A stretch of DNA of 63,384 bases, the filler included, from Rhabdomonas costata (Eukaryota): NCBI GenBank assembly GCA_019059605.1. It is 23 parts of 23 records of this genome, joined end to end, with 100 filler letters (N's around TTAATTAATTAA, not from the genome) between each part and the next. Parts side by side here need not be neighbours in the genome. Positions count along the whole stretch, not along the records: positions 35,901 to 38,558 come from JAHMHO010002450.1; positions 38,659 to 41,318 come from JAHMHO010002451.1; positions 41,419 to 44,078 come from JAHMHO010002452.1; positions 44,179 to 46,838 come from JAHMHO010002453.1; positions 46,939 to 49,597 come from JAHMHO010002454.1; 18 more parts are not named here. The stretch is one strand, 5' to 3'. A program made the translations under genes and the position numbers. Positions 35,926 to 49,012 of this stretch are shown here, in pieces. How positions within the stretch are numbered: position 1 is the first letter of the stretch; each line of letters starts with the position of its first letter. The notes under the pieces were generated by a model. That model made no database searches. It was not told the DNA's origin and saw only the letters and a list, made by a program, of their open reading frames with translations.

Positions 35926-38353
35926 GTTCTGAAGGCACAGGGCGCTCGAGCGGTGTGGGAGCTCCTGCAGAGCTATCTGCTGCTCGTAGCGGAACGGGCC
36001 GCTCGGTCCGAGGACACAGCAGCAGCAGCGACTCGGAGGAGGAGGGCGGGCCTTCCCAGGCACACGACACGCGCTGCCTCGCCTCCTCCGACTAAAACTC
36101 TTCCAAATTATCGCACGCTGTCAGAGAGTACTCTTTTTATACTAGCTGGGCGCTGATTCTTTACTTTTGGCGTATCGTCCGCCAGTGGTGTGCTCGGAAG
36201 CTTCGGGAGTAATAGGATTTCCATATTTCTGGTTTTCGCTGACCAGCTGAGGTTTCAAGGCCTTCGTCTCTGGCATTCGTTTTTGCAAAAGGAGCGAGCG
36301 TGCACCCGTCACAGTCAGAAGAAAACCAACACCTAATCGCGCATTCAGAAGGAAACCTACCGCCCAATCGCGTCTCCATTCGGCTTTCCCTGCAGAAGCA
36401 CCGTTTTCAGGTTTGTAGGACCACCCGAAGCTCACTCTTTTCCATGATCCCTGAAGCGCAAAGAAACGCTTCAGAGTAAAGGCCAATGTAAAGGGGAACC
36501 CCCATCCGACAGCCTTATAACCTGAACCCTCGCGTTTTACCTCGAGGGAATACACATGCGAACAGAAGATCGCGTACGACGTCCGCTTTTTTTTCAGCCA
36601 CAGCCGAGGAGCCTCCGCAGGTCTCTGATTCCGCTCGTCAGGGACCTCGAGCGCAAGCTGAAGCACCTCACGAAGAAGGGCAAGGCACGGCTGGCACCAA
36701 ACTTTCTCTCCTGACCGCTCCTGCTGCTCCTTTATTCTTCATCCTGTTTGTATTCTCTCGTTTGGTTCGTTTGGTTCTTGAATTCTTTCTCGCTGAGGGC
36801 GAGGTGTGGAGGGGCCATGCTAGCCTTTTGGGGTTGCATCTGCGCTAACTGGATCTGCCTTTCCGTAGCTGTGGTTGCCCCCCACTTCTTGCCTCTGTGG
36901 GTGGCGTTCAGGTGGAGCGGGCCGCGGAGTTGCAGCATCTGCTGGACGGCGCCAGGAAAGTTCTGGAGAGCGTTGTGAATGCCGCCCACTCTGATGGCAG
37001 CAGCAGTGATGTTGAGCGCGAACTAACCCAGGTACGTGTCAATGCCGTTCTCTTTTTTTTGATATGGTCCTAGGTGTACTGTAAGATTTTCGTCATACGT
37101 GGCAGCGGGCTTAGAGATTGTTCTCAAGTGCTTCCAGGGGAAATCCAAAGCGAAACTAGTGAATTTCTGTCCGTTGGTCGCGGGCACATGTGCCAGTGGA
37201 GCGGGACGGGGACATCCCCTGAAATGTTTTATTTCAGTGCGACCAGGAAGAATCTTTTATGTGAGCTGAGGGCACATCTTTTTTTGTAGAAGGGCGACCC
37301 CCTGATTGAGCGTCATGACAGCCTTATTTTGGGGCTGACGCGGCCCGGGGTGTCACGGCTTCTGTTTCTTTTCTGCTCCCCTTTCTTTCTCTTTCTGCAG
37401 GCTTTGCAGCGACTGCGCTGGGATGAGGAGGCTGCTCGGGATCGGTTGATGAAGCAGAGCGACGAAGAACTGCGGCATGCCAAGGCACGTCGTGCTTTGC
37501 TTGTGCCCTTCCCTACGAGAAGAATCCCGAGCTGAACAAAACACGGCGGCGTGGTTTTTTGTTTTTCTCTTCATCAAAGCCACAGCTCTTTGACGGAGCT
37601 TGACTTTCCTGTGGCTTGCGGACTCTCCGTTCTCTGGACCTGTTTTTTTCGGCTTGCTCGTTTTGCTGCCAGACAGGTGAGCACGACATTTTAATGATTA
37701 ATGGATAGCAGCGGGTCTGCTCCGCCGCTTATTTTGGTACTCTTTCTCCCAGTTGAGTGGGTTTAGGGTTTCCGGTTTCCCCACACCGCTGCACGCGCCC
37801 ACCTTTCCCCTCCGACTTTGCTTTATTACACACAGCGCCCTCTGGAGGCTGCCAAGGAGTCCTGCGATCGCAAGCGCACGGTGTTCTTTGCCATTCCACT
37901 GTACTCTCTCCCAACGGCAATGCCCCACACCCTGAAGCATGACCTCACCCACTGTTTTGTTCTGTCCGTTGAGCACTGCTGTTGGGTTGGTAAATATTCG
38001 TCCTGCTTTCGATTTCCTGCATGAGTTTTCAGCCCACCGTTCCCTGTGGTGTTTCCTCCATTTGCACCTCGCTAATTGTTTCCGTCACCACAATGCAAGA
38101 AGTTTCTTATTTGGACACGCTCCTCCAGGCCAATGAGTTCAATGAGATTTTTTGTGCCGCATTGGTTTTGTCCCGCTTTGTGCGAGTGAGTGAAACTCGT
38201 TATCTTCTTTCGGTGTGAGGGCTATGTGCACTGAGATAGAAAGGGGTGGGTGCGGCGGTTACCGCGGCTGCACTCAGGACCAGTGGCGCGACGAGCTTTG
38301 CGTAGCTGCGGACTCTGGGGATGTCGCCGAACTTCGGAGGCTGATCTTGGCAG
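35926..38353 (+). CDS. Coiled-coil plus ankyrin-repeat protein, internal fragment
   Basis: Exons ~35926-36059, 36598-36684, 36912-37031, 37401-37484 and 38278-38353, joined in phase 0. LCVAADSGDVAELRRLILAG is ankyrin-like. Three of the four complete introns are GC-AG. Confidence 0.65.
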
Positions 38354-38665
38354 GTTCAAACCTCCACTGCTGCCTGCCAGTTTTTTTTCTAGTTTGTCTT
38401 ACAACACTGGTGCCCAAGCGCGTGTGATTTGCAATATTGCTTCCCATTGCTGTTGCTTCACAAGCTGTGAATATGCTCTCTGTCTGAGGTATATTCGCTT
38501 TCGCCGCCGTGGTTTGTCCCCCCAGCCCCAAGGGTGACCTGCTAGGGCTTACGGGGTCNNNNNNNNNNNNNNNNNNNNNNNNNNNNNNNNNNNNNNNNNN
38601 NNTTAATTAATTAANNNNNNNNNNNNNNNNNNNNNNNNNNNNNNNNNNNNNNNNNNNNGGGGGTT

Positions 38666-38733
38666 TTTAGCAAGCCATCTGCATCTCCTATTTTTGCAGG
38701 CCGTTAAAAAGAAGATGCAGATGGCTTGCTAAA
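38666..38733. repeat. Perfect 21-bp inverted repeat at contig start
   Basis: 38666-38686 (tttagcaagccatctgcatct) is the reverse complement of 38713-38733. Confidence 0.9.
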
Positions 38734-41310
38734 CACCCCTTCCCCCTCCCCGTCCTTTCCCGCGTTTTCCCTGCAGAATGGAGCAGTGGCCTCTGGTCTG
38801 AGTATGTTTTTTGTCTTCTCTTGATGTCGTGAGCACATTTTACACTTTTGGGACCACTTATCTCTGCGTGTACTCGGGAGAAAATAACTTGTCTCGGGCA
38901 AGTTCGGTGGGCCTGTTTACTTTGTTGGTGACTTGTGTGTGTGGGAGGAAGCTTTCCTTGAATTTTGTGGGAGAGCGTTTTGTATTGAACTATGCGAGGT
39001 GATGTGAAGTGAGGTCGGGAAAACAGCTCTTTTCTCTCTGTCTCCGCTCCTGGTGAAGCTTTTGATTGTGTACGGCATGGTGCTTCGATGGGGAAAGTCT
39101 ATTTATAAAAGGGTTTGCAATCTCTCTGGGTCTTGTTTCTTGTGCGAGGTGAATCCACGGGGTGAATCAATCCCCAGGCTTGGTCTTCGAGTTTGGATGA
39201 GTATGGGCTAGAACTCGCTGTTTATCTTCTCGTTTCTGCCCCGTTTCTATGTCTTCGTGATTAACTGCAGCGTTCTGGTGCGGCTTTCTGATGCGGAGAG
39301 GTGGATTCTGTGTGCTGCCGGTTCGGTTCGATTGGCTGAGGACATGGTGACTAAAGACTGTCTCCAGGAGGGGGCCGTTTTGAAAAAGACATTATCGTTC
39401 CACCATCTCTGCTGCTGGCCTCGTTTGCTTTTTATAAAAAATTAGAAAAGAAAATGTTGGCCCCGAAACTTCGGCTTCTGGTGTATCTTTGAACCGCGAC
39501 TGTTTTTTATGGAACTTTTTGCGCCCTTTCCCTTTGGAATTTCAGTGGTTGCAACTTTTTTATCTTTTTCAAAACGGTTGGTTGACTTGGTCTGTTGGTC
39601 CTCGCCTTGGTTTTGGTTTGCACACCATTCCCTTTTCCGAGCATAGTCTCCATTCGTTTATCTCGCTCTGTTATGTTTAAAAATCGGTGTCAAGTCTCTC
39701 GGAGCAGCGCAGTCCTTTGTTTCGTTTGTTACCTGTTACCCAGCCTCTTAATTTCTTTAGTTCCCCAAGCCCAGAAGTCCTCTATCAAAGCAATGTCGAT
39801 GCTTGCCTCCCGGCTGGATAACACAAATGACGTTGGTGCGGGGGCCGCAGACGCTGTGATCTCCGCGTTGAAGGTACACCCAACACCAACCCCTCCCCAT
39901 CTGCCGTGTGAAGGTACTCTCGTGAGTTTTAGGAAACTGAGGCTGCCTTCTAAGCAAGAGATTTGGAACGCCCTTCTTCATGACGGACTTGAATTTGCAC
40001 CAGCTGCTGCGGTTCGTATGCTCTTGATCAATGCTTCGGTGGAGTCTAGGGCTTAGAAAACAAAGAATAAAAGGAAAATGAGCAAAATCGAATGAAAAAG
40101 TCCTGGTTTTCTCTCCATGCAGGATTAGCGCAGGCCCGCGGGCAAGTTGACAATACCACCAAACATTGACGTATCACGGGCGCTATCTTACCCAATACTG
40201 CGCGCTGACATTAGTATGTTTCGGTTATGGTTGGGTGGTGGCGGAACCAGGTATTACGTTCACCTTCCATGGGCAGGTGGTGTACTCGGATCCTGCGTAG
40301 TTTTCAGGCCGCAGCGATTCATGGAGTGGCTGACCACCCCCCAGTTTAAGAAAGAAATCAACAGTATGTCGTCTTGCCCAGGGCTTTCGACGACCTTGTC
40401 CTGCTACCTTTTTGTCTACTCTTTTGCAGGAGGACCAGCGCCCAGCAAAATCGAAGCAGGAGATGGAGCAGAAGATGCAGCACGAGACCATGGAACCCCT
40501 TGGTGGAGTAGATAATGCAGTGCAGCCCGTGGTGTGTGTGCGTGCGTGTGTGTGCGTGTGTGAGTGAGGGTTGATCTGAGGTCCTAGGTATTGTATACAC
40601 CACACAATTCTTTGATCAATGCCATGCTCCAGACATCTCGGGTTGGAATGCTCCGTATCTCCACATCTCCACGGATGCAAGCCTGTGTTCACACCATGTT
40701 ATTATTTTCGTCGAAGCTTTATTGATAGTTGTCGCAAGTTTGCCTGCTGCCCTTCTGAGATCGCGGTGAGATCGCGACCCCCACCTTGTGATGCTTCGCT
40801 ATGACTGGTATGCACGCTCAGCATAAATGCGCCTCACCGCATGCCATACATCTGTTGAAGTGTTGGTTTCACTCTTAGCATCCATTTTGGGCTAAATCTT
40901 CGTCCTGCGGTTTTAGGCTTCTGAGAGCCACTTCGATGACCGGCAGCCCTCCGTGGCGGAAGGAGGACCCACCAGCACAACGACCCCTATGACTTCCCCA
41001 GCCGCCCAAGACAGCGTCGCTTCAGTCCTCCTGAACGCCGCTACGAAGGAGATTCAGGGGGACCTCCCCGCCGAGGGCACCCTGGCAGGAGCTCCACCTC
41101 CACAGGAGCCCGTCCTCACAAACCCCTTTGGGGCCGACGAGGGTGTGCCCATGCCCATGTCCAAAGTGCCCCTCTCGACGGTGGAACCACTGGCACCGGT
41201 GGGGGGCCACCCTGAGGCGTCGGGAGGGCCTTTCCCTGAGGAGGCAATCGACGCACAGGAGGGTTTGGTTGGTAGCCTCCTGAACGCCGCGGCGCGTTCC
41301 GGTGGCTACC
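38700..41310 (+). CDS. Unknown multi-exon protein with a Pro/Ala/Glu-rich region
   Basis: Candidate exons 38700-38723, ~39770-39873, ~40307-40363, ~40430-40510 and 40917-41310. The last is a long GC-rich open frame. Confidence 0.45.
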
Positions 41311-42450
41311 AACCCACCNNNNNNNNNNNNNNNNNNNNNNNNNNNNNNNNNNNNNNNNNNNNTTAATTAATTAANNNNNNNNNNNNNNNNNNNNNNNNNN
41401 NNNNNNNNNNNNNNNNNNTAAATCCGAAAGAATCCTTCACTGTGTTGGAAGATTTGTTGTGACGGGAAGAGACCCGGAGAAGCCCTTTTCTTTTCCAAGC
41501 TGAACTGGGTTCATTTTTTTTGTCAGAGCAGGCCGCAATGGCAGCATACATTTGCAGGAGCGAGCGATTGATGGTGCATCCAAGCTGTCAGCCATTGATG
41601 CGTTATTTCCCATGTCAGTATTCACTCAAATTTCTCACTTCAACAGGGGACTTTCGTGAACCTGCACGTTTTTTGTTGAAAATCCCATGAACGCCGGCTT
41701 GTTCAAGGGCCCATCATTGAAGTGGTGGCTCCCCTCCGTGCCTTGGGTTTATTGTCTCCAGGTCTGAGCCGGAAGAGAGAGATGCGCTGCTCCCACCAAC
41801 CCATCGTATCACGAGGGGGCAATGTCTTGAACCGTCGTGCACACCATAGTACACCGCACCGCACTGCATCACCCATACCCCGCCACGCCCCGCCCCCGAC
41901 CACCGCATTGTCTCGGTGAGGTGGCATTTGCCCCATAATCACCCCCGGACCGGACCAGTGACCTACCCATGGGCCTAAGAACTCGCCCCACAGTGGCAGG
42001 TTGGGATCCATTTGGTCATTTGGAGGAATGGCAGTGCTCATAATGGCCGCGTCTGGGTCTCGGATTCCTTCTCTATGCCTTGACTCTTTCAAGGCCCGTT
42101 TTTGTCGTCTTTGAGTGTCTGTTGGACTTTTACACACGCTTTTGGGGGCTTTTGAGGCTTGAATACTTAACAAAGAATCGGCTGGGGCTGGGGCTGCCCA
42201 GCATACATAATGGTAGAACCCATACCTGAGTGGGCTTGAACATTGAGTTTTTCTTTTTGAGTTTAATAAGAGAGGGTGTTGCTGGAACAAATTTTGCCCG
42301 GATGCACAACGGTGTGCCAGCACGTTTTTTTTGTATTTTTTTGTCGTCGTTTTGAACCCTTCGCGACGAAAATTTGCATGAACTTTTGTTCGAAAGTGCA
42401 AAACTCAGACGTGCTTTACACGGCTTCTGACATTTTCCTGCCTTTTTGCA

Positions 42451-42676
42451 GGGCTCGTGGTCTTGAATTTGCTGACAACTTATGCCAAAGCCTCCAACGA
42501 AATGGATGATGAGGAAGGTTCGCAGGAGGAAAGTGCCGAAGATGAGGATTCGGGTATCGAGGAAGCATCATTGTTTTTGTTGTTCATCAAATTACGTATT
42601 GCTGAGTGCGACAGCATATCTTTTATATTGTGCCTTACAGGGACTTCGGCGAAGGCCTCAGTTTTAGAGGACGAGG
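42451..42676 (+). CDS. Two exons of an unknown acidic protein
   Basis: Exons 42451-42553 and 42641-42676 join through a phase-1 GT-AG intron: ..MDDEEGSQEESAEDEDSG|TSAKASVLEDE. Confidence 0.45.
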
Positions 42677-44178
42677 TTTCGTGACTGAATTAATTGCTCC
42701 TTGTTGTAGGAGGCCAAACTGTGCTTTTTCTTCTGCCCCCTTTTTTCACAGGGGGAAGCGGAAGGGCTTACGACTTACTGCATCTTCCCTCGTTATCCTC
42801 AAAGGAAGTTTCCAGCCGGGGAAGTGGTTGAGGTTTCTTTGTACGATGGTTTGATGATATTGAGACGCAATACCCATCTATTGGTCCTGGGCTCTCTTTT
42901 GTCTTCCTTCAGTCTCTGATTGGGTTTGAGAATCTGAACAACGACAAGCTTCATGTGGAATACATCAGAGGTGACCGGGCTCGCTTGCGAACACTCTCCC
43001 TTCTTACCTTGTAATCGGTTAATGGCGCACATGGCGGTGAAACCACGGACCTCATTAGTATATTTCCAACTGCGACTAAACTCGTCTGTTGGATTATTTC
43101 GAGAGGAGATCACCTCGCTTTTGGGTGCTATGCAGTGGGGGTGGGGTCATGGCTGGTTGCGGAAACTATTTCTGAAATCTTGTTTTGGGATTCGGGGAAC
43201 TTGAGGTGTTGCTCAGGAAAGAGCTCCTGAAATCAGTTACGTAAATTCTTGGTATCTGCGGCCGTTTGAAGTGGTGTTCCGCTGGTTGCGATAGGTTGGC
43301 ATTTGATGAGGTCTTCGCCTCTTTACGGCATGATTTATTTGCAAGTGAATGGCTGAATGGTTCATTTGTTCATCGGTCGGTGCGAACCCATCTTTCTTGG
43401 CGGAGAGCGCACTTGGCACCTCGCCATCAATGCGACGTCGTGTGGTCGCATGGAAATGGTCCGAACAGTGGTTGTGAGTTATGCCGGGATGTGGACTCAC
43501 AAAGTCCCTAAGTCAAAGAATAATACAGTGGGACTTAAGCCGGAGCACAAGAACCGTCTGCGCGCTGGTTCTTGCTCCCCTAGCCAGTCACTTCCATTTT
43601 TCGCGGGTCGTTTATATTGTTCAGTCTTGGTGCCGCTTCTTGCCCGCAGCAGCCGGAGGGTTTGACGGGGGCACCCACAACTCAGGGGAAAGCAGAAGAA
43701 AACGTGAGAAAAAAAGGAAGGATGGGACAAATTAAACCAAATGGGAGGGCATTAAATACTGTACAAGTAGTGGCGCTGAGTTAAGCCTGCGAGAAAAATG
43801 GTGGAAGTGGGACAAGTGGGACATAGAAACCCATCTTGGCTGGGGCGTTTGAGACTGAACTGTCGGTAGGGAACAGAAAACGAGTCATAAGTTTGTTTGC
43901 TTTCCTTCAGCATGAGCGATATCTTTGTGTAGGTTCGTTAACATCGCCCGTGGACTTCACGTTTTACATCTACAATTTCACCGGAGCGATGCACAATACC
44001 ACGGCGGCCTCAGGCGATGAGGTGCTGGAACAAACGCTTTTGACTTCATCCTACCGTATGTATGATGGGTAGACTGAANNNNNNNNNNNNNNNNNNNNNN
44101 NNNNNNNNNNNNNNNNNNNNNNTTAATTAATTAANNNNNNNNNNNNNNNNNNNNNNNNNNNNNNNNNNNNNNNNNNNN

Positions 44179-46195
44179 AGTGGCCAGGGTGGTTGTGTCG
44201 GAGGGGCACGTGAACGAGGTGCACGTCGGGTTGGCTGCGCAAGAGACAGGGGTGCGTCACCATCGAAACCCTTCTCCGGGGCACATGCACACATAGCGCA
44301 GTCAAAAAACCTCATCCAGTGGGCTTCAACTCCCAAACCAAAAACTAACGCCAAACAAAGTGTTGCGCACGTTCAAGTGGGGCATACGAGTGCAGCAGTC
44401 GCTCTGGCCGCAGCTCTGCGAGCCGCACACGGTGGCCGGGCCCTTCGCCGTGTACCCCGAGGGGCACGTCATAGCTCCACAAGTCGGGTTGGCTGAACGC
44501 CACAAACCACAAAAGTATTTCAAGGGAAGCGAAAGGAGGACGCACGCACATCCTCAGATTCCCGCCCAGTGTTGTCACACTCACCCACAGCTCGGATTAG
44601 CTGAACACCACAACGTGCATTCAGTGCCACTCAAAAGCCCAGAGTATTCCAGAAACTATCTGCACGCTTGCTGTTGGGATCATGGACCCTATATTTTCCT
44701 CAAAATCGGAGAACCACAAAACAGCCCGAAGCTGAGGCAGACAGTAGTGGGTCCAAGGGAAAGTTGTTGGCTTCTTATCGTGTGAGACTAACGCAGCACT
44801 GCTTTGAACCCAGGCTTTGCATCGCACCGCATTCCCATTGCTTTGATTTTGGTGCAACTTCCTGGCAAGTGTTCATGAGGGTGCGCGGGGAGTTCTTTTT
44901 TCGTTTTGTTTAATTTCAAAAACGCTTTGCTGCCCACCATAACCACGCACGTGCACAGGCGTCGGCACGGAACGGCAACATACGAGTGCAGCAGTCGCTC
45001 TGGTAGCAGCTCAGCGTGGCGCAGACTGTGCTGGTGGCCTTGGCGGTGGTGCCGGAGGGGCACGTGAATGAGCTGCACGTCGGGTTGGCTGCGCGAGAGA
45101 TTAACGAAAAGTAACTGGCGGTGCACCCCGCCCACTGGCAGGAGAGAAGGGCCCAAAAATCAATCCCCTGATCACAGTGGAATGGCCCGGGGCAGTTTAG
45201 GAGGCACCCTCACTTTTCGAGAGACGGCAAAAAAGAACTCCCTGAAGAAACCATTCGCGTGTACTAACCCCGAAACAACACATTTCAGACAAATTTCTTG
45301 GTGAACCCAAATTAACACAGTTTAGCGGCTGCAAAATCACACTTATCGAGTCCGCCACAAAGATGCAAGACGGCGCTGGAACTTTGCATACAGAGGAAAG
45401 GGGAACCGGGAAAACCAACGAGGGTTATTAATTAAGGACAGCGAAGAGCCCGACAACCACCTAGAACCCACCGCTCACCGCAAGGAAGGCACAACGGTAT
45501 ACCAGTGCAGCAGTCGCTCTGCTGGCAGCTCTGCGTCGCGCAAACCGTGCTGGAGGCTTTCGCGGTGTACCCCGAGGGGCAGCTCACAGAGTCACTTCCG
45601 CAGGTTGGGTTCGCTGCGCGCCCCAGAAGCGGTTCAACATTCACCAAAATGTAGTTCGCCAGAGGGCAGAGGGAGAGACAAAGGCAGCATCCAAATCCTT
45701 CGCGCTACAAACGGGGCTGAAACGAATCGCTCCTTTTTCGCAGGAAGCACGCAGCTGCGTCTCATGCGCGGATGCTCTGACACCTGAACCTTTTCAAGTC
45801 AAAAGACCAAACGTTTTAAGTCAGTTTTCTGTTACCACCGGTGACGGCCAAAGCTTCCATTGGGTCATTCACGAGCATGTTCCTTGTTCGTGGGCCCCAG
45901 GGGAGCCCCAACTAAAAAGATATCTGATCGCTTTCGCATTGATTGCGATTGGCAGTGAGAAACATGCTTCTGCACCCGTAATGCCAAACTAAATATGATC
46001 GCTCGGTGGATGGAGCAACAACGGACGGGATCAGATTCTGATTTGCAGTTCAGGGAGAGGAGGAAGACAAAGGAGGAGTACGTGTGCAGCAGTCCGACTG
46101 GGCGCAGGGCAGGGAGGTGCAGGGGGTGGAGAGGTCCTTCGCGGTGTATCCCGAGGGGCAGGCAACCACCGAAGGGTTGCTGCAGGTTGGGTTGG
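44179..46195 (-). CDS. Cys-rich tandem-repeat (probably surface or secreted) protein, one repeat per exon
   Basis: Exons 46195-46082, 45613-45503, 45088-44984, 44492-44388 and 44234-44179 (cut by contig end). Complete exons encode NPTC..CPSGxTAK....C....CxQSDCCT; all introns are phase-1 GT-AG. Confidence 0.9.
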
Positions 46196-47243
46196 CTACG
46201 GAAAAAAATGAAGGGATGGGGTTGAGCACGTAATTAATCAGTTGCACTGCAAAATCGGGAAGAAAGTTCATGGTTATCAGATATGAGATGGTCTCAGAGA
46301 CAGGCTTGGGGGAGGAGGGGGGTGGCGATAAGCGTTGCGCCACTGAAGATGAACTTTTCGGGCCTCCGTGTACACAACACAACGCTGAGTGCAGACCCGA
46401 ACAAGGCAAACTCGACACCGCTGCAACGGCTGGGCACCAGTAACTGGTTGGCTGGTTGGGTGGGTGGTTCATTTGCAAAGTCACCCAACTCACAACCGCG
46501 TCCTTCTTCGATTCTTGCATTTTGTGCTGGAGAGTCGTCCTCCTGCACTTTAATACAAACTTCGCTGTGATTAACCTGGTTTATGATTCGAGCCAACACA
46601 ACCTCCCTAAAACTTCCCGACGTCACGGATGGACCATCAGTTACCGCTGAACCCCCTGCAGTGACTTGGCTTGCTGAATATTCCAGGCATTTCCAACTAT
46701 CTGGACATGTATGGATATTTGCAGGTCTATTGAGCCTGAGCTTCTGCTGGAGCTGCTTAGAATATCTTAATTTTCAGCACTGGAGTGCTGCACGCAGCCG
46801 AGGGCCGAAATGCAGCACCCGAAAAGGAGCCATTACACNNNNNNNNNNNNNNNNNNNNNNNNNNNNNNNNNNNNNNNNNNNNTTAATTAATTAANNNNNN
46901 NNNNNNNNNNNNNNNNNNNNNNNNNNNNNNNNNNNNNNGTTGTGGTGGTGGAATGTTTTGGATGTGCACCTTGTGATATTGATAATCATGCTTGTGCTTG
47001 CCAACTGTGAATGTCCCCTCCATTTCATAATGCACAGTGAGCGAGGAGATACCTGTATGAATAACATGAGTTATGGGAGCCTCAACTAGGAAACTTGCAA
47101 ACTTTTCTCTTGCACCATGCTGTCATGAAGGAAAGAACATGTTATTGTCATGTTGGCTTCATTTGCGTAAGGAAGGGAGATCCCTGAGTCTGTGTTCCAA
47201 CCTCGCGTTTAGTTGCACGGGCAGTTGGTCTCTTTGCCCCCAG

Positions 47244-47456
47244 GATTGCCACATGCCGATTCTCGACGGCTACGAAGCAAGCCAAAGAATCCGCAAGCTG
47301 ACTGGATACGCTGAGGTCCCCATCATCGCCCTTACCGCTGCCACCTTGGAGGAAGATCAGGCGAGGTGCTTCTCCTCGGGAATGTCCCACTTCTTGGCCA
47401 AGCCCGTCACCGTGGCTTCCTTGGCTTCTGTGCTGCAGGCAGCTGAAGTTATTTAA
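47244..47456 (+). CDS. Response-regulator receiver domain, last exon (probable hybrid histidine kinase)
   Basis: DCHMPILDGYEASQRIR..VPIIALTA..CFSSGMSHFLAKPV* carries the phospho-acceptor D and the conserved T and K. Confidence 0.9.
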   Translation, partial: DCHMPILDGYEASQRIRKLTGYAEVPIIALTAATLEEDQARCFSSGMSHFLAKPVTVASLASVLQAAEVI

Positions 47457-48322
47457 GAAGGAGGGACCCGAGGAAGGTTCGTGGAGGGCTTGCTTTTGCG
47501 AACACAAACACAGATACAAACGAATACAACCATTACCGAGGCGTGCCTTTTGTTCACTCTTTTGTGTGTGTAGTCGCCATTCGACCATCCCGGTATCTTT
47601 GTCCCCCCTGAGTCGTTTCAGCACCTACTGTGTACCCGTTTCCTGTTCTTTTTATGGGCAATTGTGTTGTGCCATCCCTCAAAAGACAAGACAGTGTCTG
47701 TGAGCTTGCCTTGCTTTTTTCTTTTCACTATATTGGAGGTACAGTTGTGTATGTGATTTTTTCCTGCTCATTCGTGCACTTCTGTTTTTTCTGGTTACAG
47801 GGGCGGGGGTTTTCAGGAGCTTTTCAAGGCCAAAAGAAATTGACAATGACGGAAGAGAACAAGAAAAGAAGTCCTCACATCTACGCCCTAATTGGAACTA
47901 CCTGGAGACACAATCAGCTCTGCTCTTTCTGAAGATATCCTCATTGACAGCTCACCTCCTGTTCATTTTTAAAGAAAAGCGCTCGCAATCGGAATGAGTT
48001 TGCTCATTTCTCAGGCTCAGCTCACGGCTGCTTCCCAGAGCGTGGGCATCCCTTGCTCGGGAGGAGAATTTTCCTAGCACAACACCGTAGCGAACTAAAT
48101 TTGGATTTGCTCGAACTGTTTTCGTTCATGTTCCATCCTTTCATTTTTGCTTTGATCCTTTCATTCACCATTGCTTTGTTCTGAAGGAGTTTCAATTTGA
48201 CATGTTCAAACTGTGGGGTCTAGTTTTGTTGTTCGAAAATGGAGAGTACTGATGCTTTGTACAAAACAAAGCGTGCATGTCAGTGGCGGTGACCTGAGAG
48301 AAATGTAAAACTGTGTATGACA

Positions 48323-49012
48323 TGGAACAAGCTGAAAATGGTACCGGCTCTCATCGAGATGCCCCGGAGCTTTCACCTGAACTCTCGACTCAGCAGTCTC
48401 CTTTGGGCAGGAGCCCACTCTCAGCTGTCCCTCCTGGAGAAAGCACCACGTTTTCTGCGTGCAGCTCTTCCCTAAGCACTGACTCTCGCTCTGAGATCCC
48501 TTGCAATGCCGTGGCGCTTCCTCTTTCTGGTGTGCATAGCGGTGCTTGAGCATTCTTTTTCATTGACCAAACTGTGAAATGTTTGTGAAAGATGTCGGTT
48601 CAGCTTTGTGAGAAGACATAAAGCGACTTTAAAATTAGAAAGGCGTAGTAACGGATCCTCAAACGTTGCGATTCTCGAAACGTCGAAAGTATGGCTTTGG
48701 ACTTTGGTTTTTGCTTATGGCCTCATAGCCCTTGCAGGAACGTTTCCTCCATAATAGTTGCGCAGAGGGTGTGGAAAGGGATCTGTGTTCGCTTGTACCT
48801 TTTGTTGCATTGTGGGCCTCCTTCTTTTTCCTTCGGCCTATTTTTTAGGGAGCCTTGGCAACGCCGAGCTCCCTATTCCCCCAAGGGATGCGCACCCTTG
48901 TTCTGCAGAACTTGCAGCAGGAAGGGAAGCTTCGTCTCCATGCAGCCCGACAAGCCCTGTCTTCACTATGACGACCTCAGACTGCTCTTCTGTTCTGGCT
49001 ACAACGACTCAG
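48323..49012 (+). CDS. First exons of an unknown Ser/Pro-rich protein
   Basis: ATG at 48323 to a GT donor at ~48530, plus an exon at ~48909-49012. Low-complexity sequence, no family. Confidence 0.4.

Noticed and set aside
42567-42640. Apparent GC donor GAA|GCATCA
   Set aside because: The phase requires the GT donor at 42554.
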